Assembly: GCA_016193315.1 (NCBI GenBank)
Contig: JACPSJ010000001.1
Span: 406,723-470,722 of the forward strand
Direction of reading: 5' to 3'
Source of the DNA: Candidatus Kerfeldbacteria bacterium
GTDB lineage: Bacteria > Patescibacteriota > Patescibacteriia > SBBC01 > CAIJZX01
Length of the DNA stretch: 64,000 bases
Shown: in pieces, positions 1 to 8,215 of the stretch
Layout of the letters: each line of letters starts with the position of its first letter
How positions within the stretch are numbered: the stretch's first letter is position 1
Program-made: the position numbers and the translations under genes
The notes under the pieces: generated by a model
What the model was told of the DNA's origin: nothing
Databases searched by the model: none
What the model saw: the letters and a program-made list of their open reading frames with translations, nothing else

Positions 1-132
1 GTCACGTATTTCAAAGGCGAACCTGGCGACGAAGTCGTTATCCTGGTGCCTCAGGAAGGAGACAGCCGCTGGGGAGCCGTCGAAAACATCATCAAGAAAA
101 TAGTTCCATCCACCGAGGCCAGCCAACCGTAG
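1..132 (+). CDS. 3' end of an upstream gene (C-terminal ~43 codons; partial at window edge)
   Basis: Frame 1 is open from the window edge to TAG at 130-132 (…KGEPGDEVVILVPQEGDSRWGAVENIIKKIVPSTEASQP*). No identifiable domain. Confidence 0.3.
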   Translation, partial: VTYFKGEPGDEVVILVPQEGDSRWGAVENIIKKIVPSTEASQP

Positions 133-218
133 ACTTGCTGACTTCATCATTGGTACGGTACACTGCGAGCAGCGGTGTCGGTTTTTACCCTGCCCGCTGA
201 TACTCCCAGCCAGCGATC

Positions 219-1772
219 ATGCCCCCCACCCTCTATCGGAAATACCGTCCTCAAACCTTCGCTGAGCTGGTTAATCAGCAGCACATTCGGATTACCCTCC
301 AACAAGCACTGGTCCAGGGGCGAGTAGCACACGCCTACCTTTTTGCCGGACCGCGCGGCATCGGTAAGACGACGGTCGCTCGCCTCTTGGCCCGGGCGGT
401 CAACTGCCAGCGGCGCCAACCAGACGGCGAGCCATGCAATCGTTGCCCCACCTGCCAGGCCATGTTGAGCGGATCGGCTCTAGACATCATCGAGATTGAT
501 GCCGCCTCGCAAACCGGAGTCGATAATGTCCGCGAAAACATACTCCACAACGCGCGGGTCGGCCCGACGCTTGGACAGTTCAAGGTCTTCATCATTGATG
601 AAGTCCACATGCTATCGTTAGCCGCTTTCAACGCCCTGCTGAAAATGCTCGAGGAACCGCCGGCTCACGCCCTGTTCATTCTGGCTACCACTGAGGTTCA
701 TCGGGTGCCAGCCACCATCATTTCCCGGAGTCAACGTTTCGATTTTAAGCGTCTGGGCGTCCAAGACATGGCCGAACGTCTCAACCGCTTGGCGCAGCAG
801 GAAAAGCGTCAGTTGGCTGACGGCGTGGCCGAACGAATTGCTCGTTTCGCCCACGGCTCAATGCGCGACGCCGAAAGCATGCTCGGTCAACTCTTCTCCT
901 TCCAGGAGGCGGTCATCAACCGCGAGGTGGCTGATTTGGTGCTGCCGCGGTCGAACGAGGAAGTGGTAGCGGAAATCATGGCCGCCGTCGTTCATGGCCA
1001 AGCCGCCGCCGCCATGGTCGCTTTCCATCGCTACTGCGATGAGGGCGGCGACATTCCGGTCCTGGCCCACGAACTAGTCCTGGCCGGCCGCACGTTGATG
1101 TTGGCCTCGGTTGACCCGACCTTGTTAGATCAAGTGCTCGATGATCAACAGCCGGCGCACGTCCAAGAGCTACGATCGCTGGTTCGTCTCGGATCAACCG
1201 AACGATTTATCGATTTGGTCGAAGCGTTGACCACGGCCGAGCGGCAACTCCAACGCAGTACATTTTTGGAGTTACCGGTCGAGGTGGCCTTGATCAGGGG
1301 CGCGACATTCGGTCAGCCCGCGGATACGGACCGCGCTTCACCCGAGACGAAAACGTCCCCCGCCCGGCCGACCCCGCCCGAGCCGCCGGCCGGCCAGCCC
1401 AAACGGGCGAATGTCACAAAACCTCTGCCCCTGGCCATGGTCCAGCAAGCCTGGCAGACGGTTCAAAAAAAGTTGAATGGTAGCCAGCCAAGCCTGCGCT
1501 TGTCTTTACAGCAGGCCACCATCAAGGAGTCGAAACCCGGCCTGGTTGTCCTCGAAGTCCCCTTTGCGCTCCATCGCCAGCGGCTGACCGATCCAAAGCA
1601 CCGGCAGGTTCTGGAACAGGCGCTGTCCAAAGTCCTCAAGACGCCGTTCACCATTGAAGTAGTGACTTCAAATGGGGCACCACCTCGAGCAGTTCAGCCC
1701 GGCCCGGCGAAAAAAGGTGATCCCGAATCCGGCAGCGACCTGTGGGAAAAGATCGTGGCCTCGTTTAGTTAG
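219..1772 (+). CDS. dnaX: DNA polymerase III subunit tau/gamma (DnaX)
   Basis: ATG start. The N-terminus reads YRKYRPQTFAELVNQQHI, followed by a Walker A box GPRGIGKTT, a CxxC…CPTC zinc module and the SRSQRF motif, all typical of clamp-loader DnaX. Confidence 0.9.
   Translation: MPPTLYRKYRPQTFAELVNQQHIRITLQQALVQGRVAHAYLFAGPRGIGKTTVARLLARAVNCQRRQPDGEPCNRCPTCQAMLSGSALDIIEIDAASQTGVDNVRENILHNARVGPTLGQFKVFIIDEVHMLSLAAFNALLKMLEEPPAHALFILATTEVHRVPATIISRSQRFDFKRLGVQDMAERLNRLAQQEKRQLADGVAERIARFAHGSMRDAESMLGQLFSFQEAVINREVADLVLPRSNEEVVAEIMAAVVHGQAAAAMVAFHRYCDEGGDIPVLAHELVLAGRTLMLASVDPTLLDQVLDDQQPAHVQELRSLVRLGSTERFIDLVEALTTAERQLQRSTFLELPVEVALIRGATFGQPADTDRASPETKTSPARPTPPEPPAGQPKRANVTKPLPLAMVQQAWQTVQKKLNGSQPSLRLSLQQATIKESKPGLVVLEVPFALHRQRLTDPKHRQVLEQALSKVLKTPFTIEVVTSNGAPPRAVQPGPAKKGDPESGSDLWEKIVASFS
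1466..1472 (+). other. Slippery heptamer A_AAA_AAG inside dnaX, a putative programmed -1 frameshift site. The -1 frame stops 3 codons later (gtt gaa tgg TAG at 1481-1483).
   Basis: dnaX codons are caa(1464) aaa aag ttg. Shifting -1 at AAG gives K-K-V-E-W-stop. A stem, GCCTGC…GCAGGC, lies downstream at 1492-1516. Confidence 0.5.
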
Positions 1773-2431
1773 CCGCTTCGCGAATAGGCGCCTTTTGATT
1801 GCTGCCTGAGCCGGGCCAGGCCTCGGACAAACTCGGTCTTACCCCCGTGAGACGGATGACGAAGTTTTACCGTCTCCATGCCGACCGCGGCTAGAGTTTG
1901 ATGAGCGACGTTGCCGACGGCCACCACATTCTTAATTCGAAAGATATCCATCAACTCCTGAAAAAAGTCTTTCCCCAGCTCAACCTCGCGCTGATTCGGA
2001 GCCCGGTTTGATTGAACGCGACCCGGTTGGAACGGGTGGAAAGGAAAAGCAGACCACAACAGCGGCACAAAGCGAAACTGAGCCAAGGTCGACCATACAA
2101 TGGTAGCTGTCGGTTCTTTATGCACCCGGGTAAACTCTTTCGTTTTCCGATAGCCTTTCTTCTGGCCGAACATCGACAGTGGTTGTACCCCAGACAGCAA
2201 GATATCCTCGCTCATGAACGGCACGCCGGTCAGGCGGCTGCCTTGATACCCCGGTGCCTCGCCGAGCAGGAGTGTCTTCGGTGAAAAACGCTCGACTTCG
2301 CCGAAATACAACTGCAGATTGCGTCGGCGGATGACATTGTGTTTGTTGCCAGCGGCGTACTGATTAAAAAAGTTCCGTCCCGATGGCACTCGGGCGAGTC
2401 TATCGAGGAATCGACCAGTGGTGGACGGCAT
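1769..2431 (-). CDS. Uracil-DNA glycosylase superfamily protein (family 4/5-like)
   Basis: 220 aa. Motif A is LLLGEAPGYQGSRLTGVPF and motif B is HPSHGG, as expected for the UDG superfamily. Convergent 4-nt overlap with dnaX. Confidence 0.7.
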   Translation of the reverse strand: MPSTTGRFLDRLARVPSGRNFFNQYAAGNKHNVIRRRNLQLYFGEVERFSPKTLLLGEAPGYQGSRLTGVPFMSEDILLSGVQPLSMFGQKKGYRKTKEFTRVHKEPTATIVWSTLAQFRFVPLLWSAFPFHPFQPGRVQSNRAPNQREVELGKDFFQELMDIFRIKNVVAVGNVAHQTLAAVGMETVKLRHPSHGGKTEFVRGLARLRQQSKGAYSRSG

Positions 2432-2575
2432 AACGTGATTGTAGCAAACATCAACGCTGAAGGCATGTTTCGGCGACTGAGGGCATTGACGAAGACGTTT
2501 TCAATTCGTATACTGTTGGCGCTGCGAGGTGCTGGCATTGCCATGCGGAAGTTCTACACTATCCCGCCGCCCAGC

Positions 2576-2590
2576 TCCGGGATCGTCTAA
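2576..2590 (+). pseudogene. Displaced 5' fragment of tRNA-Gln (positions 1-15, tccgggatcgtctaa), identical to the intact copy
   Basis: A 15/15 match to the 5' end of the tRNA at 2860, with the same upstream 'gc'. It diverges immediately after the D-loop 'ctaa'. Confidence 0.6.
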
Positions 2591-2594
2591 CCTG

Positions 2595-2609
2595 CCCCGC
2601 CAAATTTCT
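2595..2609 (+). repeat. Left terminal inverted repeat ccccgccaaatttct
   Basis: Perfect reverse complement of 2945-2959. Confidence 0.7.
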
Positions 2610-2614
2610 GCAAC

Positions 2615-2962
2615 ATGAGGTGCTGGGTCTATATTCTCAAAAATCGACAAGGTAGTTATTATATGGGAATCACTACTTTACTGACGGAGCAAAGGCTGAG
2701 TCGTCATAATCGAGGCCATGTCTTGTCCACAAAATTCAAAAGCCCCTGGCACCTTGTATTCACCGAAGAGCATAATAACCGTCGTTCAGCACGTATGCGA
2801 GAAAAACAAATCAAGGGTTGGCATGGTGGAGAAACTTTACAAAGATTCTTGCGCACCGCTCCGGGATCGTCTAATGGTAGGACGCCAGGCTCTGAACCTG
2901 GTAATCTTGGTTCGAATCCAGGTCCCGGAGCGGTGCGCAAGAAAAGAAATTTGGCGGGGTGA
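2615..2962 (+). CDS. GIY-YIG nuclease domain protein (YhbQ/UPF0213-like). The ORF reads through the tRNA and right repeat to TGA at 2960-2962; the real C-terminus may be shorter.
   Basis: The start reads MRCWVYILKNRQGSYYMGITTLL…RLSRHN…REKQIKGW, a GIY…YxG…R…E core resembling UPF0213 small GIY-YIG proteins. ATG start. Confidence 0.65.
   Translation: MRCWVYILKNRQGSYYMGITTLLTEQRLSRHNRGHVLSTKFKSPWHLVFTEEHNNRRSARMREKQIKGWHGGETLQRFLRTAPGSSNGRTPGSEPGNLGSNPGPGAVRKKRNLAG
2860..2930 (+). tRNA. tRNA-Gln (anticodon CUG), intact copy
   Basis: Hand-folded cloverleaf. Acceptor TCCGGGA/TCCCGGA has U1:A72 with G73; U8 is present; D-stem GTCT/GGAC; anticodon stem CCAGG/CCTGG with loop CTCTGAA; 4-nt variable loop; T-stem CTTGG/CCAGG with loop TTCGAAT. 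U1:A72 plus G73 are Gln identity elements in E. coli. Confidence 0.8.
2945..2959 (+). repeat. Right terminal inverted repeat agaaatttggcgggg
   Basis: Perfect reverse complement of 2595-2609. Confidence 0.7.
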
Positions 2963-2963
2963 A

Positions 2964-3016
2964 TAGGACGCCAGGCTCTGAACCTGGTAATCTTGGCCTG
3001 AATCCAAGTCCTGGAG
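2964..3016 (+). pseudogene. Displaced, decaying 3' fragment of tRNA-Gln (positions 20-73)
   Basis: 49/53 identical to the intact copy. The substitutions are T-loop TTCGAAT to CCTGAAT (loses T54/Ψ55), T-stem CCAGG to CCAAG, and acceptor C to T. Confidence 0.6.
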
Positions 3017-3316
3017 CTCAACGTTGGAATCTTATTATACTGAGGGCGAAGGTAGGCGGGTCCCTATCCCGTGTGCCCAATGGCTTGGGTGGTCTTCGTT
3101 CCGAGTAAAAATTTACCCGCGCACCAGACCGGCGGATCCGGTCGGTGCGGGGTTCCGCTCCGCACCGTATCTTGTGATGCCGCCAGCTCCTGCTGACGGA
3201 GCTTCACTATAATCAATATAGATGTGGGAGGTTTTTCTTTGCATGACAATAATACGCGAATAGACTTTTTTGCAAACCATGCTATTGTGAATTTAGGCGA
3301 ACAGGAATAACAACTC

Positions 3317-5614
3317 ATGAAACCCATGCTCGTGGAAACAAAACAAAAAATTAGCGTCCGGACTATCGCGCCAATAGGGATTATTACCCTTGGCTTTAGT
3401 ATGTTGGCCGCTGGTGGGTTTTTCTTTTGGAAGGGTATTCAACCGCCGGTATCGGTTCCCAAAACCCCGACCATGCAATCGTTGACTACCGAACTTCTTA
3501 GCCTGAATACTCAGTACCAGCAGGCGTCAGCATCTGGTAAGGTCAAAAAACTACGAACGCTCCGTTCGATTGCCGAACAGCGCAAAACACTCGCTGCTTC
3601 ACTTCTGCAGAAAGATCCAGGGACCTTCTTAAAAACGTCTCTGGCACAGTCTGATCGAGACTCTCTTCCATCGGAGATCCAACCGCTGGTTGAGCAGGCG
3701 GTGACTTTGCAAGGTGAGATTGAGGTTGAGCACTCGGATGATTTTCAACATGCCGTGGCATATTATTCCTACTCCGTAAAAACGAAAGATCCTCCAGCCT
3801 CTTTCAGGCTTCATTTTTCTGGGGCCGGTCCAACCATCCTGTCCGGCGCGACGGTCAAGGTGAGCGGTGTCCAGCTGGACAATGATTTTGCCGTTCCGGG
3901 CGTGACGACTTCCGATGAAGCAGTCTTATCAGATCCGACTATTGACCCGCTGCCGGGCCTGACCGTGGTAGCAGTGCCATCGAGTCCAGCTGTCTCCGGC
4001 GCCAAGAAGATCATGGTCGTTGTGTATGACGTCGCCGACGCGCCAATGATCACTGATCCGAATTGGTGGCGGGGTAAGATTTTTACGGACCCTGATTCCG
4101 TCAATGCGTACTACCAGGAAAACTCGTTTGGCAACCTCAGTGTGGCAGGGAAATTGAGTACCCAGGGAGATATCTACGGCCCCTATCGGGTTAGCGGCTC
4201 GGCCACTCATTGCAGTTCCGAAGGGCTGGATGAAGCCAAGCAGCGGGCGCTCCAAGATGGCGCCGTGTTTTCCGGATACGACTACTACATATACATCGGT
4301 TGGGCTTCGGCGATTTATTGTGGGAAAAACGGCATACAAATTGGAAACGAAGTTTACAGCTACAGTGGTCAAGACTTTTTCACGATTGAACACGAACTTG
4401 GTCACGCCTTTGGCACCGGTCACGCCGGCGGTAATCATGCCGGTCCAGGCGGCGGCTCAGCCGAATACGCTGATCCTTTTGACGTCATGGGTAATTCCGG
4501 TTTCATGCGGCACATGAGCACCGCTCGAAAGGCCCAACTTGGATGGTACCAGCCTGGCGACCTCCAGGAGATTACGACCAGTGGGACGCACACCGCGACT
4601 ATCTATCCGATTGAAGAACCATCAGCCTCACCCAAAGGAGTAAAAATCAGTGCCGGCAGCACACAATTCTACTATCTCGAATACCGTCATCCCTTTGGGC
4701 AGTATTTTGACAATTTTTCCACGACCGAACCGGTGGTCAACGGAGTTTCCATCCGACTGGCAAACGATACGAATTTGCTCAGCTCAGCCTGGACAACAAC
4801 GCTCATCGATGCGGTACCGGCAACGAGTAGTTTTAGTGATGCACCTTTTCAAGTGGGCCAAACTTTTACTGATGTAGCCAGAGGCGTGCAGGTGACCACC
4901 ACCAGAGTGACACCCGATCGCTCGAGCGCCGAAGTCAGCATTACCCTGACCTGCGCCAGATCCAATCCTTTGGTAACGGCCAGCCCCTCAACAAACTACG
5001 CCCGTCCCGGCGACACGGAACAGTATCGACTGACCATCACCAATAAGGACACCGTGGCCTGCGGGTCAAGCACCTTTGCGGTCGATCCGATCAATCTGCC
5101 AGTCGGCTGGACGCAAGTACCGGCTTCGACCACAGTAACTCTCCTGCCCCAGCAGTCGGCGGCAGTCGATATCACAGTCACCTCGACGCCAAACGCGACC
5201 GGCGTAGTGCCCATCTCGGGGCGCGCCACGAATCAAGCCGCCACCTCTTTTCAGGGTAGTACAACCATTGTGTATAAAATTGATTCGACTGCTCCATCCG
5301 TGACGATTACTAGCCCTACTGATGGTGCGGTGTTCAGCAAGTCCAGCACCGTCAGCATCACCGCCACGACATCCGATAACTATGTCATCGATAGTCGGGA
5401 AATCTTCATTGATGGCGCATCGCTCAAACAGTGCGGATCAACGGGTTCCTGTACCTACGATTGGAGCCTCAGTAACGTTAGCGCTGGCACGCACCGTATT
5501 CGGTACACGGCCACGGACGGCGCCGGAAATGTTGGGGAAAACTCTATAACAGTCACCGTCGTCACCAGTGGCGGAGGCGGAAGCGGTGGTGGTCTCAGGC
5601 GATTGCCGGAATAA
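3317..5614 (+). CDS. Secreted or membrane-anchored zinc metallopeptidase (HEXXHXXGXXH zincin motif) with C-terminal Ig-like/CARDB-like repeats and a Gly-rich tail
   Basis: 765 aa with an N-terminal TM helix. HELGHAFGTGH lies at about residue 350. It has repeated beta-sandwich-like segments (…TVTLLPQQSAAVDITV…) and a C-terminal SGGGGSGGG. About 48% GC, lower than the surroundings. Confidence 0.6.
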   Translation: MKPMLVETKQKISVRTIAPIGIITLGFSMLAAGGFFFWKGIQPPVSVPKTPTMQSLTTELLSLNTQYQQASASGKVKKLRTLRSIAEQRKTLAASLLQKDPGTFLKTSLAQSDRDSLPSEIQPLVEQAVTLQGEIEVEHSDDFQHAVAYYSYSVKTKDPPASFRLHFSGAGPTILSGATVKVSGVQLDNDFAVPGVTTSDEAVLSDPTIDPLPGLTVVAVPSSPAVSGAKKIMVVVYDVADAPMITDPNWWRGKIFTDPDSVNAYYQENSFGNLSVAGKLSTQGDIYGPYRVSGSATHCSSEGLDEAKQRALQDGAVFSGYDYYIYIGWASAIYCGKNGIQIGNEVYSYSGQDFFTIEHELGHAFGTGHAGGNHAGPGGGSAEYADPFDVMGNSGFMRHMSTARKAQLGWYQPGDLQEITTSGTHTATIYPIEEPSASPKGVKISAGSTQFYYLEYRHPFGQYFDNFSTTEPVVNGVSIRLANDTNLLSSAWTTTLIDAVPATSSFSDAPFQVGQTFTDVARGVQVTTTRVTPDRSSAEVSITLTCARSNPLVTASPSTNYARPGDTEQYRLTITNKDTVACGSSTFAVDPINLPVGWTQVPASTTVTLLPQQSAAVDITVTSTPNATGVVPISGRATNQAATSFQGSTTIVYKIDSTAPSVTITSPTDGAVFSKSSTVSITATTSDNYVIDSREIFIDGASLKQCGSTGSCTYDWSLSNVSAGTHRIRYTATDGAGNVGENSITVTVVTSGGGGSGGGLRRLPE

Positions 5615-5619
5615 ACCAG

Positions 5620-6117
5620 CGTTCGGGTCGGTTCTAGACCGGAGTAGTGAGCGGTAAGCTGGTAACCCATCAAGTCTCCATGTCGGGATCCCGCTGCGGC
5701 GGGAGAATCCGACCTCCGGAGCCAGAAGTGATCGCGCCCCTTCTCTGCCTTCGTTGCGAATGCTCCAAGTCTTCGGAGAGTTGACGAGGCAAACAATTTC
5801 CAGTAATCTAAGTCCGCGCCGTTGGCGCTTTTTACCCGCCTCCGCAGAAAGCCAAGGGCGTAAGCCCGTGAATGAATGCGGCGGGTATCCCGACGAAGGA
5901 GGGATCTCCCTAGGTTGCTTCGGCGGGTTTCGCCGAAGAACTAAGCCGAAACCACGGCTGCAAAGCCGTGGAGCTTCACCGTTATGCAACGTCGACCCGA
6001 CATCCGAAATATCGCCTCCCTCCCCCTTCGGCCTTGCCTCGGCGTCGAGGGCTCGGCATCGAGGCGAGCTCAGGGACGAAAGGTCTGGCAGGAGGGGCCA
6101 ACCCTACTGAATGTACC
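5620..6117 (+). ncRNA. Candidate structured RNA or long 5' leader upstream of typA (family unassigned)
   Basis: About 500 nt without a convincing ORF. It has multiple perfect hairpins capped by GNRA/UUCG-type loops: GGGC-GUAA-GCCC (5866-5877), CCACGGCU-GCAA-AGCCGUGG (5952-5971), CUUCGGCG-GGUUU-CGCCGAAG (5918-5938), GAC-GAAA-GUC (6075-6086), and the tandem ctcggcRtcgagg repeats (6040-6066). Confidence 0.3.
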
Positions 6118-7956
6118 ATGATCAATCGGCGTAAAGACATTCGCAATGTTGCTATCATTGCCCACGTTGACCACGGCAAAACGACCCTGGTTGATGCGAT
6201 GCTGAAACAAACCCAAGCCGCTCGAAATCTTGAACAGATGGGCGAGCGGATTTTGGATTCAATGGACCAAGAACGGGAGCGCGGCATCACGATCAAAGCC
6301 AAGAACGCCTCGATTGTGTATCAAGGCGTGAAAATCAATATTATTGATACTCCCGGGCACGCCGATTTCGGCGGGGAAGTGGAGCGTACGCTGCGCATGG
6401 CCGATGGGGTTTTGATTTTGGTGGATGCCAAGGAGGGGCCGATGCCCCAGACCAAGTTTGTGACGCGCAAAGCACTGGAACTCGGTTTCCCGACCGTCGT
6501 GGTCGTTAACAAAATTGACAAACCCGACTCCGACCCTGACGAAACAGTCAATAAAACTTTCGACCTGTTCGGGCAGTTGAATGCCACGCACGCTCAACTT
6601 GATTTTCCGGTGGTCTACACGAACGCGGTGGCTGGCACAGCCACGCTCGACCACACGCAGCCGGGGACGGATTTGAAACCCTTACTGCAATTGATTCTCG
6701 ACAAAATCCCTGGGCCGGAAGTTCGGAAGAGCGACCCACTGCAAATGCTCGTTCTGGCCTTGCGGTATGACAACTACCAGGGCAAAATGGGAATCGGAAA
6801 AATCTACGCCGGCACGATCGCGAAAGGACAAGCCGTTGCCCAGATCAAGCACGCTGGTCAGGCGGTGACCGGCAAAGTGACGGAGATCATGATCTACGAA
6901 GGCTTGAGGCAAGTCGCTGTTGAATCAGCCGAAGCCGGTGAGATTGTGGCCGTCGCCGGTCTCGAGAACATTGCCATTGGCGAGACCATTGCTGATGCGA
7001 ACAATCCTCAGCAATTGCCACCCGTCGAAGTTGACCAGCCGACCGTCCAGATGACATTCGGCGTCAACGCTTCTCCATTCGCCGGGCAAGAAGGCAAACG
7101 AGTGACCTCGCGACAAATTCGGGAACGCCTGGATCAGGAGTTGGAAACGAACGTGGCACTCCGGGTGTTACCATCCGAAAACGAGAATAGCTGGCTGGTG
7201 GCTGGTCGGGGTGAGTTGCATTTAGCCGTCCTGATCGAACAGATGCGGCGAGAAGGGTATGAGCTTCAGGTTTCGCAACCGCAAGTCATCCTTCACGAAC
7301 GGGACGGCCGAAAACTCGAACCATTCGAACTCGTTACCATTGACGTCCCGGCCGAATTTCAAGGCGCCATTATCGAGGAGTGCGGACGTCGGAAAGGGAA
7401 TCTGCTGACGATTGACGTGACGCCGAACGGCGAACTCCATATCGAGTATGACATGCCGACTCGCGGCGTGATCGGTTTGAAATCAGCCTTGATGACGAAG
7501 TGCCGCGGCCAAGCGGTCGTCCACCATCTCTTCAACAAATACGAACCGTATCAGCCGGATCTGGTCGACGCGAACCACCATGGTTCTTTAATTGCATACG
7601 AAGACGGAACCAGCACCAGCCACGCCCTCGATAACGCCCAGCAGCGCGGCGTTTTGTTCATCGGCCCGGGACTGAAGGTCTATGCCGGCATGATCGTCGG
7701 GCAGAGTGCGCGGGACGAAGACATGGAAATTAACGTGGCCAAGGAAAAAAAACTCAGCAATATGCGGTCGAAGGCCTCAGACGATGCCATCCTCCTGGCC
7801 CCGCCGAAACTGATGTCACTCGAACTCGCGCTCGAGTATATTGGGCCCGATGAGTTAGTGGAGGTGACCCCCAAATCGATTCGCCTGCGGAAAAGCATTC
7901 TTGACCGGAACCAGCGAAAGCGAGCCGAGAAGAGACTGACCGAGCCGGACACGTAA
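6118..7956 (+). CDS. typA: Translational GTPase TypA/BipA
   Basis: [31 protein letters not shown] is a BipA-type N-terminus with G1-G5 motifs, 612 aa. ATG at 6118 was chosen over the GTG at 5968, whose extension has no homology. Confidence 0.88.
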   Translation: MINRRKDIRNVAIIAHVDHGKTTLVDAMLKQTQAARNLEQMGERILDSMDQERERGITIKAKNASIVYQGVKINIIDTPGHADFGGEVERTLRMADGVLILVDAKEGPMPQTKFVTRKALELGFPTVVVVNKIDKPDSDPDETVNKTFDLFGQLNATHAQLDFPVVYTNAVAGTATLDHTQPGTDLKPLLQLILDKIPGPEVRKSDPLQMLVLALRYDNYQGKMGIGKIYAGTIAKGQAVAQIKHAGQAVTGKVTEIMIYEGLRQVAVESAEAGEIVAVAGLENIAIGETIADANNPQQLPPVEVDQPTVQMTFGVNASPFAGQEGKRVTSRQIRERLDQELETNVALRVLPSENENSWLVAGRGELHLAVLIEQMRREGYELQVSQPQVILHERDGRKLEPFELVTIDVPAEFQGAIIEECGRRKGNLLTIDVTPNGELHIEYDMPTRGVIGLKSALMTKCRGQAVVHHLFNKYEPYQPDLVDANHHGSLIAYEDGTSTSHALDNAQQRGVLFIGPGLKVYAGMIVGQSARDEDMEINVAKEKKLSNMRSKASDDAILLAPPKLMSLELALEYIGPDELVEVTPKSIRLRKSILDRNQRKRAEKRLTEPDT

Positions 7957-8215
7957 CTCGTGATTTTGCCAGCGAGGTAACACAGCATTGGTTTTCGATC
8001 AAAGAAAGGTGCTTTGCATCCCGCAGTTTCCGCTTCGGGCGTGTGCTGCCTTTCCCCGCGATTCGGCGCTCCGCGGCGCTGAAGCCGAATCCTCGTGGAG
8101 TTTATCCCGTTGAATAACAATGCTCCCAGGAACGGAATCCCGCCCCGGAGCAAAATTTCCCGCCGAGGGTCTTAACATAATCCTGCATCGTCTGTTCGTT
8201 GATTTTTCAAAAAAG

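Larger units (their letters stand above)
2591..2963 (+). mobile_element. 373-bp insertion in the D-loop of an ancestral tRNA-Gln, bounded by inverted repeats. It carries a GIY-YIG ORF and a complete replacement tRNA-Gln.
   Basis: It is flanked by the two halves of a split tRNA-Gln (2576-2590 and 2964-3016). It has perfect 15-bp terminal inverted repeats and about 43% GC, against about 60% in the flanks. Confidence 0.55.

Noticed and set aside
147-1197. Several minus-strand and alternate-frame ORFs (147-419, 335-631, 618-854, 858-1070, 976-1197) inside dnaX
   Set aside because: They are embedded in a strongly supported dnaX frame, which makes them typical high-GC shadow ORFs.
2718-2966. Alternate-frame 82-aa ORF within the GIY-YIG element
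   Set aside because: It overlaps the GIY-YIG frame, which carries recognisable catalytic motifs. It has no features of its own.
5438-5989. 183-aa minus-strand ORF spanning the protease 3' end and the typA leader
   Set aside because: It overlaps the coding end of the metalloprotease gene and the hairpin-rich leader. Its sequence is Pro/Arg/Gly-rich and has no domain signal.
5968-6117. GTG-initiated N-terminal extension of typA (the track ORF starts at 5968)
   Set aside because: The extension (MELHRYATSTRHPKYRLPPPSALPRRRG…) has no similarity to BipA. It lies in the structured GC-rich leader. The conserved BipA N-terminus begins exactly at the ATG at 6118.
5620-6117. RNase P RNA, tmRNA or SRP RNA assignment for the typA leader
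   Set aside because: Only short, mis-ordered resemblances to RNase P conserved strings. No AGGAAAGUCCGGGCUCC and ACAGAAxCCGGCUUA pair in the correct arrangement. No tmRNA tag ORF or acceptor arm. No SRP domain IV motif.
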